Source: Phoronis australis
Taxonomy: Eukaryota; Animalia; Phoronida
Reading direction: 5' to 3'
Assembly: GCA_002633005.1 (NCBI GenBank)
Contig: NMRA01000317.1
Coordinates: 144,454-208,453, forward strand
DNA: 64,000 nucleotides
Position numbers and translations under genes: made by a program. Positions 14,554 to 60,000 of the stretch are shown one piece after another (positions within the stretch are counted from its first letter, which is position 1; each line of letters opens with the position of its first letter). Below the pieces are notes generated by a model that was given only the letters and a program-made list of their open reading frames with translations, was not told the DNA's origin and made no database searches.

Positions 14554-14957
14554 GGCCCGGTCTCTAATCTTTGTACTCGAAACAACTCGAAACTATTTTT
14601 GGCAATTTCTCTGCTGCTTTTGTGCGAACTTAAGATAATTGGTTATCAGACTGTGCTCGAATACATTATAGTTTATGCCTGCATAGGAGTTTCTAGTTCA
14701 AGTTTTCCCTTGAAGACCCTTATATTCGTGCTACAAACTCGAGTAAAAACTCTAAATTTCGAGTCCAAACTCGAACTTATTGCTTTAATATTGGGTTTAC
14801 AAACTGTGAACTAAGGGCAATAAATTATCTACGTAAGTTATTGTGTACTCGAGCATAGAATAATAGACACTTATCTTGAGGTCGCCCAAAAGTAGAATAG
14901 AAAATGCCAAACCTAATTTCGAGTTCCATTTCGAGTAAAAAGATTGGAGACTGGGCC
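14554..14957. mobile_element. PIF/Harbinger-like MITE
   Basis: About 29 bp imperfect TIR GGCCCGGTCTCTAATCTTTGTACTCGAAA, flanked by a CAG duplication. Confidence 0.75.
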
Positions 14958-15986
14958 CAGGCAGCGTTTCGCACTGCTAGATCAGACGGGGGACCACGTG
15001 TCACAACGGACTTAAGTGATTGCTCTTTCAGAGTATTCCAAGGTCATCCAATCTGGCTTTCAAGAAGTAAAGCAAAAACAGAGACCTTCAAATTGTCAGA
15101 ATATGAAAACGGCATATTTGTATACCAGAGCCGTGTATACTTCTGTTGAAATAGACACCTGACAAGTCTTAATGGTGCATGGGAATACCCATAATTGTCT
15201 CCATGCAAGCTAAGAACCAATATTGGTTCCTAGCTCCGAGCATGGTCTCTAAGCTACACCAAAACTAAATTAGGTACCCACCTCACAGTAACTGGTGTCG
15301 CAACCACCAGGAGACAGCATATTGGAGAGGTTTCAAGAGCCCATTGGCTTCTCAACTAAGGCAGAAATCGAATTAATCCTATTTTTGATTATAAAAATAT
15401 GCAGGTGTTTGTGGGTAAATGAGTATGAGCAGGAATATCAAGGTCAAATCTAGTTCGCATGTCCCTAAATACAATATGAATCTGGGAGAAACCTGAAAAG
15501 CAGGCGACAGTATTTGCTGTAGTAAAAGGACTGAAGACGACTTGAACGATGTAATCAAATTCATCAGATGTAACGTTTAATCTACAAATCATATAAATAT
15601 CATAATACTACAAAAACTGTAGGAGTGCATTAATACCATTTGACAGATTGACATCCACTTTCAAGCAATACAGTTACACATTCCCATTCGAGCAGAGTAC
15701 TAGCAAATGTTAAAGACAACAAGAATCCCTAGGATGCTCTTCACTTTAATTTTGAGTTTTGAAAACTTGAGTCCTAAAAATACATTTTAAAAATGGTATG
15801 TCTCATCAAATTGTGAATATGCAAATGAATTACTCGTTTACAAACAACCCCAGGGTCTTCCAGTGTACCGGAAACCATCGGAGAAGCACCATTACAATCT
15901 CACCAAAGTGTTCTTTTGCAAGACTATTTTTATGTGAATGAGTATGATAATATGTCATTGTTATCCTAATGAAACAAGGCACAGCT

Positions 15987-15992
15987 TTTATT
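15987..15992 (-). terminator. Candidate poly(A) signal of aPKC
   Basis: AATAAA on the minus strand about 1.5 kb after the stop, followed by GT-rich sequence. Confidence 0.35.
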
Positions 15993-16237
15993 ATTTGATC
16001 ATTTTACTATCAAATATCGATTACGTAATATTTCAAATTACTAGGGTTTTCTATCACACTTGTTTTTCAGTGTATCAGTTGCGATGTTTTCTTTAAAATC
16101 GCAAATTATTTATAGATTGTTTCTTTTCCTGATTATACTTGTACACACAGTTCTCCAAGAAGTCACAAGGTGGCACTTGCTACAATTTTAAATATTCACA
16201 GTTTTAATGAGACACAGCATCTTTAAGTTCGATAGAA

Positions 16238-16336
16238 ACTTGTACAAGAACCTGGCTGTGATGCCCAGTGGCACAGTGTTAGTTGAGACTTGTACAAGAA
16301 CCTGGCTGTGACGCCCAGTGGCACAGTGTTAGTTGA
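16238..16336. repeat. 50-bp direct duplication in the putative aPKC 3' UTR
   Basis: ACTTGTACAAGAACCTGGCTGTGA(T/C)GCCCAGTGGCACAGTGTTAGTTGA x2. Confidence 0.9.
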
Positions 16337-16615
16337 CAATTATCATATACTACAACCTAGCTCAACTTGCTAGCTCAAGGCCAGATTCATATTCAACGAT
16401 TTGCTTGCAAAACCATAGGATGCAGAAACGCTAGCAGCTTTACATTGCAGATGTTATAGTGCCACCAGGACAATTACATTGATTAGGATCCCAGAGAATT
16501 CAAAATTTTAAACCCACTTATCAACCCACCTTTGAACATGAAAAACCTGACAGATAGTTATTTCTTCAGACCAAGCTCACAAAATTTCATGAAGTGAAAT
16601 TATGAACAGTTCATC

Positions 16616-16690
16616 GTGACCACTACTAAAGTGACCACTACTAAAGTGACCACTACTAAAGTGACCACTACTAAAGTGACCACTACTTAA
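16616..16690. repeat. 15-bp tandem repeat x5 in the putative aPKC 3' UTR
   Basis: Unit GTGACCACTACTAAA. Confidence 0.9.
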
Positions 16691-17515
16691 GTGAAGAAGG
16701 AACAGGACAAGAACAATTTCATAATGTTAAGAGACCTAAATCAAAACTTGATACTTTGACCAAAAGCATGCCGGAAAGCTTTAACGCTCGTGATTCTAAA
16801 GCCCCAGGGACTGTGTTGTTTGACTGAGAGGCAAGCCCAACGCTGACCCATTATTACACTTATAAACTATTCACAAAGATTCAGTTTCCAACCTTCTACA
16901 TCTTAGTTGTTCGAATTACACAAACTCACAGGTGGGATCATCAACAACATTAAGTGTACAGCACACAGTATTCAGTGCCATCTGGTGGCCTAACAACCAA
17001 CAGTCCCATCTGAAGTAATACACCCCCATGAAAAAAGATGAAACATGCCTCCTAAATCTAGCCTTCTATGATGACACTCATAATTCAATGCAACGAGAGT
17101 GCAAAAACAAAACATTTACAGGTACTGTACACCAATGAGCACCAAGTCAAAATAATGTCATGATTCACAACAACCCAGGGAGTGATGTAATCACAAAAAC
17201 GGACACAACACGTTTTGAAAAGTTCAATAGACTGTGCCGATATAGTGCCGTACTTTGGTCGAGAGTTACTGATATCTTGGCAATTAAGAACTAACTGCCT
17301 TATATTTTCTCTTTTGAAGCTAATGCTAACCACATTTCATGGGTGGTGGATTAGTGAGCTGTTTACCACGATCCGATTCAAAATTTGCTGCAAACATCTC
17401 GGCCCATAGACTGACAAACGTTCAGTGAAAAGTTAGTTAAACCTTGTACTTTTCAAGACATTCTGCTTATGAGACTATACGACAACCCACAGCTGTATTG
17501 TAGCCTCACTCACAG

Positions 17516-42997
<25,482 letters not shown>

Positions 42998-43089
42998 TAT
43001 GATTCTCATCTAAACTTTGTAATTAGCCTGCAACACATAATGGTGATAGATCACTAGATACTTTTAAAACCACGTAAAGTCATGTTCTG

Positions 43090-43660
43090 GGGGATGGGGT
43101 CTAACCTCCGGACTCGAAATTAAACTTGAAACTATTTTTCATATATTCTGTCGTACAAACTCAAGATAACCATAACTTTACGCAGACAAATGTCTGGTCT
43201 AAGTTTGCACTTGATTATAGATAAGCACAACCCCAGAAATCGTTTTAACATTATATCTTTAACATTATATCCAGGTTCTCATTAATTTCCTTGCATACAT
43301 TAAGTACCAGTAGTAAGACCGAGCTCAGAGGAGTAAGACACTTTTGTGCAATGCTAGATTGTCTGCCAGTAAGGCCAAGATTTGAACCCGGGTCTTCCAA
43401 ACGATATTCCGGAGCTCAAACCACCGAGCCATACACTCTCAACATTTGATGACCGCTTTATCTACAAACTTGAGTTCAACCTTAAGATTTCGAGTTCAGA
43501 CTCAAACTCATAGCTTTAATGCTGGGGTAGAACCATATTGCACTCAAGCACAGAATAACAGACAATAATTTTGAGTTTTTACTAAATAGGACAGAAAATG
43601 TCAAATAAACAATTTCGAGCTTAATTTCGAGTAATATCAGATAATCAGAAGAACATCCCT
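43090..43660. mobile_element. Diverged copy of the 14554-14957 MITE, interrupted by a SINE
   Basis: Shares ACTCGAAA..AACT.GAAACTATTTTT, CTACAAACT.GAGT..AA..ATTTCGAGT and AATTTCGAG..ATTTCGAGTAA blocks with that element. Confidence 0.55.
43240..43438 (-). mobile_element. tRNA-derived SINE
   Basis: Pol III A box TGGCTCGGTGG (43431-43421) and B box GGTTCAAATC (43388-43379), with a short tandem tail (GATATAATGTTAAA x2). Confidence 0.6.
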
Positions 43661-44439
43661 GAGCCAGGACAACACAGAACGAAATTGGCTCTTATATTGA
43701 AGTCTGGGACCATTGCATTTTTGCCAGTGCTCTACAGTTAAGACAAAGACAGAGTCATTGTCATTCAGCAGTGTTCAGACTCAGCGACTCAACTGCTAAC
43801 CTTCATCTTCTGTTTAATTCACGTCCGACTTCAAAAACTGAAAAAGTCAAAACAAGTCTCAGGTTATCTGACACCCAGATATCCGCAGATATTTCATTGA
43901 AAAGGAGACTATAAACACTCCTATCCGATTGATCAAGCCATTACCTATTATTGCACCACTTTCCACTAATTAACACGCTTGGCTGTAACTTTAGATCAGA
44001 TACAAAGTTATCAATGAGCCACAACACTACTTTTGTACACTCTTGTTCTCCATGACAGATTCCAAAAAGTCACGTGACTGGTAAATTACCCAATGACTAA
44101 AGGCGGAAATGAGACACAAAAGAATGTCAACAATACGCGCCACGCCTCTTGAGACCGGCATTTGCGAAAAGTGTAAAAATAAAAATACCATAATGAAGCT
44201 AGTCAGTTGGAGGTGTAAAAGGCACATAAAAAACCTGTTGCCAATGCACTCAAGTCATCTCTCACTCATTCAATCCTTATCATGAACCCATTTTACATTT
44301 TGCTCTATTCGTTCACGTGCGCATTTCTTGGCCAAACAGATTCAATAAACCCAACATTATTTTTTCTTTCAACAAATTTTCGTTTTATTTTCTATCAAAT
44401 TTGTGGACAGTTTTATTGCATGACTAAATTGCCATAAAA

Positions 44440-44546
44440 GGAAATTTTACCAAAACAGGTGGCCTCCGAGACCCGGATGAGCGGCCATCTTGAAATAACC
44501 TCCCTCGCTTCCTTGTTCAATTTGCCATCAAAATAAGTGGAAGATC

Positions 44547-44560
<14 letters not shown>
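44440..44560. promoter_or_regulatory. Putative shared (bidirectional) promoter region of aPKC and CAPZB with a YY1-like motif
   Basis: GCGGCCATCTTG at 44481-44492, the CAPZB ATG|GT at 44547, and a candidate minus-strand donor at 44450. Confidence 0.45.
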
Positions 44561-51062
<6,502 letters not shown>

Positions 51063-51953
51063 CTGTGAATACTCTCGCCATTCTTAGATTGCTCTTTATA
51101 TTGACCATGTTATTTCGTATGACGTAAGCATCTCTGAAACCCTGTAATAGAGGCATCTTTACTCGCTTTTGTAATGTACTAAGCAATGGTTGAATTTTTG
51201 TTGCAAAGATGGTTCACCTGAATGCAATTTTAATGGAAAGAGTCTTATTTCCTATGTGAATCTGTGATTAGGTTCTGCACACATTTCTTTAAATAATGTC
51301 TTCCCCGACGATTGTTCTTCATTTAATAGTTCATCCACCTGCTTGTCTTGTAACGAGTTTGTACTTGACTCGTAGTAAGTGACGAGGAATTGGCACCTTC
51401 GATCAAAGGTGGAGTATAAAGACGTTACACGCACTGCGCAACGCTTGTTATTGATCGTTCACTCCCATTTCTCAGTTTATCGAGTACTGTGGCGGCGCAT
51501 TGAAAAGGTTTGTCAAGGTTTCAATTGGTTGTTTCGTGTGCTTATTTAAAATTTGTTTAGTTTGTAAAACTGATATAGAATGATGTACAGTGCTTAATAC
51601 AAACATTGGAATAAATAACCTTCAATGATATGTTCTTAATACCTCTATACAATGGAATATTTGCCTTAATTGTGTTCGCTAAGCAATGGTAATTTCCAAG
51701 GTTAACATTGTTTCTGACCTTGACCTTAATGGTTGCTCATAGCCATTTGAAATAGTAACTTAAATTACTGTTAAGTCTCTTTTGAAGTTGGATTATAGGA
51801 TTTCAGTTGCCAGCAATATAATTATCATGTTTTTTGACTAACCTTGTGATGTGTTTGACTGGTAAATGAAATGTGGCTAGGTAGACATTAAATTATGAGT
51901 TCACTAATGATTGTCCCTGTGTGCGGACCTCAGAGACTGCATCTTCTATGTAA

Positions 51954-51959
51954 AATAAA
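51954..51959 (+). terminator. Candidate poly(A) signal of CAPZB (another at 51610)
   Basis: AATAAA followed by a TGTTTGTGTCT downstream element. Confidence 0.45.
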
Positions 51960-52034
51960 AATACATTTATACCTTTAATATTGATGTTTGTGTCTTGCTT
52001 ATCATATCTATTTTTCACGGATAGAAAACTTTAA

Positions 52035-53204
52035 CCCTTATCCTGCTGAGCTGCTATTCAGACTCCCTGTTTGCTGAGCTAAGTAGGTCACCACTACTGC
52101 TGTACACAACACTCGCTGGTTCCCTCCGTGCTGCTAGGGTGGTAGCCAGCATGCAGGTAGCAGGCAGTAGCACGCGCTTTATTATAGGTTGATGTAACCT
52201 CGGCAGTCATTGGTTAGCTTTACAACAAAGTGAGAAAATGGTTGACTATAAAAGATTCTTAGCCTTGTCAGTGGCAGAGCAGCAACTATTTCGTTTCTGC
52301 AGTGATGTTTAATAGCCGCGTGCTTGAAGCACATACATGTACAAGAAACACGCCTTCATCTGGCCGACTTTACTAGTGCGTTATTCATACTGTATGAATA
52401 CTGGACATCAACGTAAACAAAAGTCAGCGACAGTAGAAAGATGCACTCTGAAAAGGCGCAACCACAATTTTCTTGGATTTACATTTCTTGAACGTGAATT
52501 TTAAGCACCGATTTATCTGTACAACAGACCACATTTACGCTTCATCCGTCAGTTATGCCAGTTTCTTTGTGTAAAGCGCTACCTATTGAGAATTCGACCA
52601 GCCAATCGGAAGCACTGGTTTAAAAAAAATTCCTGAGGAAAATTAAGAGATGCCTGCGTGCTGGCTACCACCTAGCGACACGCAGGGAACCAATGAGCTG
52701 TACACTAAGCTGTTATGAAGGTCACCCAGACTAAAGACCTTAACAATTTTAAATTGGAAGTTTGAAGGGAAAATGTTAATTTCACAGAAAAGAAGCCAAC
52801 ATAAAAGTTGTCCAGAATTTAATGGAGATTTTCACCATATGTAAATCATCATAGCCTTGGTGAAAGTAACCTGATCCACTGTCATCCTGTCGCGTCTGGC
52901 TCCAGCCATATAATGAAACTGTGTCTATACAATAACAAACCTGCCAATATCTTCCAAACTAGTAATCACAGCCATATGGTTTAAATCAGAGACGTGTAGA
53001 TGAAACTGAACTATGGAATGGGCATGCTCACACATCTAAACATCCTAGGCTCTCACAATTTTTTAATGAAAATCACAAGTGTCCTGGGGTGAGTGCACTC
53101 TCCTAGTGCAGCCCAGCTGCAGCTTATAGGCAATTGAGTACACCCAACGCATTGTAATAGGATAATTGGCATATCAGCTGACCTTGCCTAGCTCAGGATA
53201 AGGG
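52035..53204. mobile_element. piggyBac-like non-autonomous element (about 1.17 kb)
   Basis: TTAA on both sides (52031-34 and 53205-08), TIR CCCTTATCCTG..GAGCT, and no ORF. Confidence 0.75.
52117..52692. mobile_element. Nested inverted-repeat element or sub-terminal repeats inside the piggyBac-like element
   Basis: About 42 bp inverted repeat TGGTTCCCT..GTG..GCTAGG(G)TGGTAGCCAGCA.GCAGG at 52117-52158 and 52651-52692. Confidence 0.6.
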
Positions 53205-54075
53205 TTAAAGGCATTGACCTAGTAAACTTTCCATGCTATATAAACACCATAACACTTGTAATGGAATCAAAATTGCTTCCCACAAACTCCCCACTTTCAT
53301 CATGGCCTCGTTTTGCTGATATCAGACAAGCTGCTGACGTCGTGCTCTGGCTAAGCTGAAGGCTAACCTATGTGATGAATGTACACATGGTCTTTACATA
53401 ACTCGTAAAGGGAAATGGTGGGATTGTAGCAACTGTTTCAGTAGCTGCCAGTGGCGCAGGTCAAAAGTTCACGACCTGAATCTACTAGGTTATTTATTTA
53501 AAAGAATGTGTAGCTGATGAGCTGTCATGTTAGACTGAAGATTCTTACTTTTAGGGAAGATAACATCAAGAATTTTGGCTTTCCCTTTTACAAAGGAGTA
53601 ACAAAGAAATTCAAAAAAATCAGTTTATATTCTGATTTAGCTGCTTCAAAACTAGTGGACATGAGCATAAATGAATATTGCACTTTTGTTAAACCTTTAA
53701 ATAGCACTTAGTTGCACAAATGTAGCATGTGAAGGATGAATTTCACATTTCTCTGTAGCTTACTATTAATTAATTAAATCAGCTAAGCAACACGACACTT
53801 TGGACTCTGCTCACTCAATGATTGGCAAGATCTTATCTAACAACGGCGAGTCATATTTCAGCATACTTGGCATAATCAGACTAAACTTCCCAGAGCAGGG
53901 TGCTTTGTTTGGCCGATGATAATTAGCCCTGGTCATTTCCACATAGGTGTATACATACATATGGAGACATGACTGAACTTGGTGGACATGATTTTGCACT
54001 TGGGCCAATGGGTCACGATTCTCATTCCCTGGAATAGCTCCACAACGGGGTGGAATTGATTGCTTCTGCGTCGAA

Positions 54076-57000
54076 TCAGACCACCTCACCCTTGGCTGCT
54101 TGGGCTATACCTTTCAGCTTGTACCTCTCGTCATGCAGTGCGTCTAACTCTGGGAAGCTGTGGCCGATGTAATCTATCACTTTGTCTTCTACACGTGTGA
54201 GTAACACCCCCAACAAGTAATTGGCATTTCGTAGGATGAACTGGTGCTGCAAAGCAAAGGAAAACAGATGCAGTTCAAAGGATATTTCATTCTTAAACAC
54301 CACCTCAGGCCAGATAACAGTCAATTAGCATCTGGTATGCGCTTGACTAGTTTTGAAATCTGTGCGTCGCCGCTTAAAGGAAAACAAGGATCCCGACTCA
54401 TCTCAGCTAATATCAGGTGACTTTCACTTTGAAAATATAGACAACTACAAAGTATTGAATCAAATTTCAAAAAATAAAAAGATAAGAACCCATTATGCTG
54501 CTGTCTTTGGCTTACAACAAAAATCTGGTTACTCAACTACAAAAAATAGGTTATGTTGGATCTTCCATGGCATGATAGAATCCAATGTCCAACCTCAAAC
54601 ATTTGCCAAATGAGAATGTTGGCAAACCCTTCCCACATGACGTTGCAAATGGCAGACAATCTTTTCATTCCTTCTGATGGTAGGAACAATATTGCTATCA
54701 TGACAAAGAATGTTTGACACCACTTTGTTGGATTAGATCAGCCTCGTCATAGATAAGACTTCAAAAGTATTTCGTTAAGCAGATCCAGATGTGAAACCAG
54801 ACTCTGTTGCTTAGTTTCACATTTACTAATGTTCAAGCAGACTCCCAAGAATGTATAGAGATACCAGTTGCTTCAGCTAGTGTCAGTAAAAGGAGGTCTT
54901 AATTTTGTAAAATTCAGGAAATCATAAGATTATTTTGCAAAAGCTTTTCCGGTCAACGCACCAATAATAAAGGTTACAGTGAAATCTCAAGACTTACATC
55001 CTTTATGAACTTGACGGACTGCAGAGAGTTCTCAATGTGCTTCAACTGAGCACTGAAGAGATCTACAAGGGAGTTAACTACCAAATGATGTGTACTGTCA
55101 CTGTAGAGCTTCACTACGTCTGTGGCGAACGTGAAGTAAGCTTTACTGAACTGGGTCGTGTTGGAAGTCAGGTCAAGGATGCATGTTTCTGTAACGACAA
55201 AACAGACTGGTTGGAGTTTCAGTTTCTCTGAATAATCCCACTCATTCCTGAAACTAGTACAGATACGAAATCACATCTTTAGCTAGTGATCACATTAGAA
55301 CTAACAGCATATACTCTCAGTTTGTGTCGTTCTCTTCCAATCCTTCAAGGTTTTTAGGGAAAATGCACAATTACATTTTTCATCCAATGTTAAGCACAAT
55401 CTAAAAAATTTTGCTTGAAAAGGGAGAACTGATAATTCCACATAAGACAATGTTGGCAAGTTGATATATCAGTCAGAAAATCAAAAATTAATAAATTTCA
55501 TGCAACTCACTGTAAACTAAACTTTCCAACCCTTTGATGCCAATTTCTGCCATTTCATCGAGGAACCTATTCAAAGTGACCCGATTCTGAAAGTTCGACA
55601 CACGCCACATGTCATCCTGCAAGCAAAAATATATCCCCCTGAAGAATGCACGAATCTCCCTTAGTTATGAGAAATATTTACAAATTTTCTTGAAACTTAT
55701 ATGAAATAAATCCTGCAGATAATTATATGGACAGCCCATCCAAATATCAAGCATATTTTGTTTTCCTGTCAAAGTAATTACAAATTTCCTGAATGAATTA
55801 CATAAATGACCTTATGTTTACAGCTGAATAAAGGTCACCTGGTGTTCTGACCTTAGAAGCACTATCAACATAAATTATGTAAATGAGGTTTAGTGAACCA
55901 CACATCATACCAATACAGCGTCACCACATCAATACAATGTCAACAGAAGTACTCTCCCAGACAACAAACACAGCACCAGTATGCGAGCCCATGCAGTTAC
56001 GTACCACGCCCCTCTGCTTGATGGCTTCCATCAGAATCTTGGTGCTGTCGGATATTTTCTGTTCAACACTTGGGTAGAGGGCCTCATCCAGCAGAAACGT
56101 CAACTCTAAACCAATGTCACTCAGCTGGAGGAATAAAGAACTCGGATCAGTACAGAGATCAATGAACACTGGAGTATTCTGGAACCAACTTTTCTTTAAA
56201 ACATGATTTATTTATCGCCGAGCAGTATTGCACCTTTATGCTTGAAAAAATGTCAACGATCGTGGAAAATGCATTCTGAAATATAGCATTGAGTGACACA
56301 TATTAATTAATGATATACAGCGTACATGTTACCTCTGTTGGTGGTAAAACATGGTTCAAAGGAAAAAGTATTGGATTAATCTCGAGTGAAAATCAGACAT
56401 CATGGTATGAAGGATAAAATTACTGCAGTGCTCTTCAGACGATTGCGAAAACAGATATTTGTAGGGATGTTGTTGAGTAATCCTTAAGTAGAACAGTGCC
56501 ATCTATTGGGAGGAGATGAAGGCTCTGGTCTTGGTTCATGATAGAATTACATATACTACTTTAGTGAACAACTCTGTCATTCAGTGCGCTTGGTGATTAG
56601 TTCAAAGTGTACAAATGACCCACTACGACATCTCAGAGTAGATGAAATTTATTCAGTCAAAACATCTAAAGACTGTCAAGACAACTGTTTCCTTTGTTGA
56701 AGATGTGTGTCACTATAATTATAACACTATCTTTCGCATATTATACGCATAATCACTCTAAAGGCCACCATAAAGCAGTCGTACCTGATCGCATTTCTTT
56801 CGTGCCAGATGGACACATTCAGCGATGGTGTTCAACTTGGTCTTGGCTCCAAACAGTTGTCGTCCGAAGATGCCCACAAAGGTCTGTAGTTCTTGCTTGG
56901 CCCACACCACAAAGGCTGGAGAGAGCAAAATAAATACAGAGATGACTGTGCAGTCACATCCTAGCAGAAAGACTGTAACTTCAAATCCCACAAATCGTAC

Positions 57001-60000
57001 TGTAGGATAATTGAGTTGCTTTCAGTTGCAAGTAAAATGACAAGTACATAAAATTAAGCAAATGTTTTGTTTTAAATGCTACGTCATTTTTTCGAAAAAT
57101 TATCATAAGATCAAAATCATAATTGACTTTTAATTTATATACACACAATTCATGTTGAAACGAAGCCCAAAGGCACAATTAGCATCAACAAAGGAACATC
57201 GTACCCACCCGAGTAACAGCCATGGTGGTCAGGGAATGCCTTCAGGAACTCTTTCCCAGTGTTCATAAGAGTGTCGAAGAACATCTCACAGAGACGACGG
57301 ACGTACTGACTGGTGGCGCCCTCCATTTTCAACTGCTTCATGTTGTACTTGATAATACCACTTCGGTTTTTAAGGAACAGATTACAAGCCTAGAGTGAAT
57401 GTTTAAGACAAGAGCTTTGTTGTTTTTGTTTGATGAGTGATCTTCCAACAATGGCATTTAACATTTAGTACACGAAACCTCACCTAGTGGTTAACAGTGA
57501 ATCTCGCAACAAAAAGCCTTGTGGAGGTGTTCACTTGGCTCCTGTGCCACCAAGTTTGATTTTATTTTCGTCTCTGTAAAGACGGCCTTCACCTCAGATG
57601 AGTATGTACAGTGATGATCCTAGGCTGTGCAAGTCTACCTTGTTGAAGTGTGTCTGTATTTTAAATTTAAACTCTTTAAACTCTTGCTAATTACCCAAGA
57701 AACAAACGCATTCTGAATTATGCAAATCCAGATAGATAAACCTACTCCAGAAGGTAATACAAAATTTTAGAAGTGAGATAACCTGTGAAGATTTCCCCAG
57801 CCGGATGAGCTGGGCCACAGCCCGTCGTGCAGCTCTTGGCCCACCTCGCAGTGACCTCTCAGGTGCAACTTGTAGTTCATGAACTAAAACATCTGTTAAC
57901 TGGCGCACTCTATTGTCAATTTTTGCCCTACAAAAAGCAATACACAATTGCTAATTCTAAATACCCCAGTCAAGTCAGACAGCAGCCACAGTGTAAACTT
58001 GAATGTTCAAATATGGAGTCACAACATGTGTGAACACAATCACATGCATACAGACATCTTAATACACGGCCTATAACCTGTGATATAACATAACCTATTT
58101 TTTTTAAGTTGAATTTCACACAGCTTACTTTGAACATATTTCGAATTTTTAACCGAAGAGCCAAAACTAACAGCTGATCTGTAATGTACTAACCAGAAAT
58201 GATCAGTGTTGTGTCATGTGACTGACACATTTTTGAATAGAATTCCCTGCAAGCCATTTTCGAATTTTAGCATTAGCCAACCTCACTTAAATCGACGATT
58301 TTCCAACATATTTCTTGACCTGTTGGGGGTTTGTAGGTTCTTCTTGCAAACAGGAAACAAGTCCTATCATGGTCAGAACAATTTGAGACAGAGGAAAAGA
58401 CCCAATTCAATTTTTGTTTTTCTTAGCCACCTAAATATGGTTGAATGCAACTTCAACATCTATGAAAAGAGTTCACATCTTTGTTTTGGTGAATCAAGTA
58501 CCAGTACTTCATTATTACTGCATAATACATGAGACAGTCTCTTGAAGAATTTGCGTTTCTCTTCATTCAACACACCTGAACTCTTTTACTGTTGGAGTCT
58601 TCTTAAAATCACTCAAATACTCCACGGCTGAAAAAACACAGAATATGATTAGGCATTTCAAGAAAACCATTGGGAAGCAAGAAAAAGGAGTTTGCATTAA
58701 GCAGTTTTGTTCTCAAAAATGATTTTTTTGAATGAATGGTGCATGAGTATTAGATCTAAACTGTGATTTAACAAACCATTTCATTCATACCTGCTTCCTA
58801 AAATGCAAAATACAAATCAGGCTACAAAACCACAGAAAATACGACATCTAAATTTTTCAATATTCTGATAGAAAATGGTTCCTATTTACAAACAGGTACT
58901 CACGGCATGGTCAAGAAAAAGTGATGAATAACCAACAATTGTGTCATCCGACTTGGCAACCTTCCAACATTTGTCTGCTTTATATCAATCACAGACGATC
59001 TTTCAATTCTTTTTCATGGTAAAAACCAATCGCAATAATGACAATTGGTCTTTTTCAAATCCGTATACGAGAGTTTAACACCCTATTTAATGCTTTTCAT
59101 GTTCAGGCCATTAAGTAGAAAGGAAAGTCTCTTTCATATCCTGAAATCTCAATCCTCCATTGAATTTCATGAGTTGTGTATATATCATGTTTACGATATC
59201 AATATCAATATCATACAAGAGTTGAGTATAACAGTAAGATCATGATATCCAGATAACACATAAGTTGAGTATAACAGTAAGATCATGATATCCAGATAAC
59301 ACATGAGTTGAGTATAACAGAAAGATCATGATATCCAGATAACACATAAGTTGAGTATAACAGTAAGATCATGATATCCAGATAACGCATGAGTTGAGTA
59401 TAACAGTAAGATCATGATATCCAGATAACGCATGAGTTGAGTATATCAGTAGTAAGAACACAATCCAGATCACATACACACATCACTCCGTACCTCGCTC
59501 TATAAGATCTACAGCTCCTTCAAAGTCACGCTGAGCAATAGATACATCTAAATCCTCAGGTAGCTCCTGAAGCCAGTCTATCTCTGTCACATCCAGATCG
59601 GACGGAACAACCGGCTGGTTAGAAGAACTTGATACACTTTCCTCATCAAATGCTGAAAAAGTATGAAATTAGTACCACATTCATTCCCAAGAAATAAGGA
59701 GTAAAAGTCTCATATAAAGCAACACCCGGATTCAAGCATCACAAGAAGACCACCATGTCGTGAAAATTAAGTTAACAAATCAAATAATCATTTCCATAGT
59801 GCAGTTTATGTTATCAAGGCATACCATTACAATCTGAGAATGCAAAAGTGTCGGAGTCAGCCCACTGCACTACACTGAATCGTTACACAACCAACAGATG
59901 GCAGCACAATGCGCCCCGCATACATGTGGGGAGAGGTGTAACTAGCATTACTAAACATGACTATTGTACAGCTGCAAACTAAGGGTTTAAGAAAAATGTC

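Noticed and set aside
59219-59470. Regular 43-bp repeats as a CRISPR array
   Set aside because: The units are contiguous with no unique spacers, there are no cas genes, and the array is in a eukaryotic intron.
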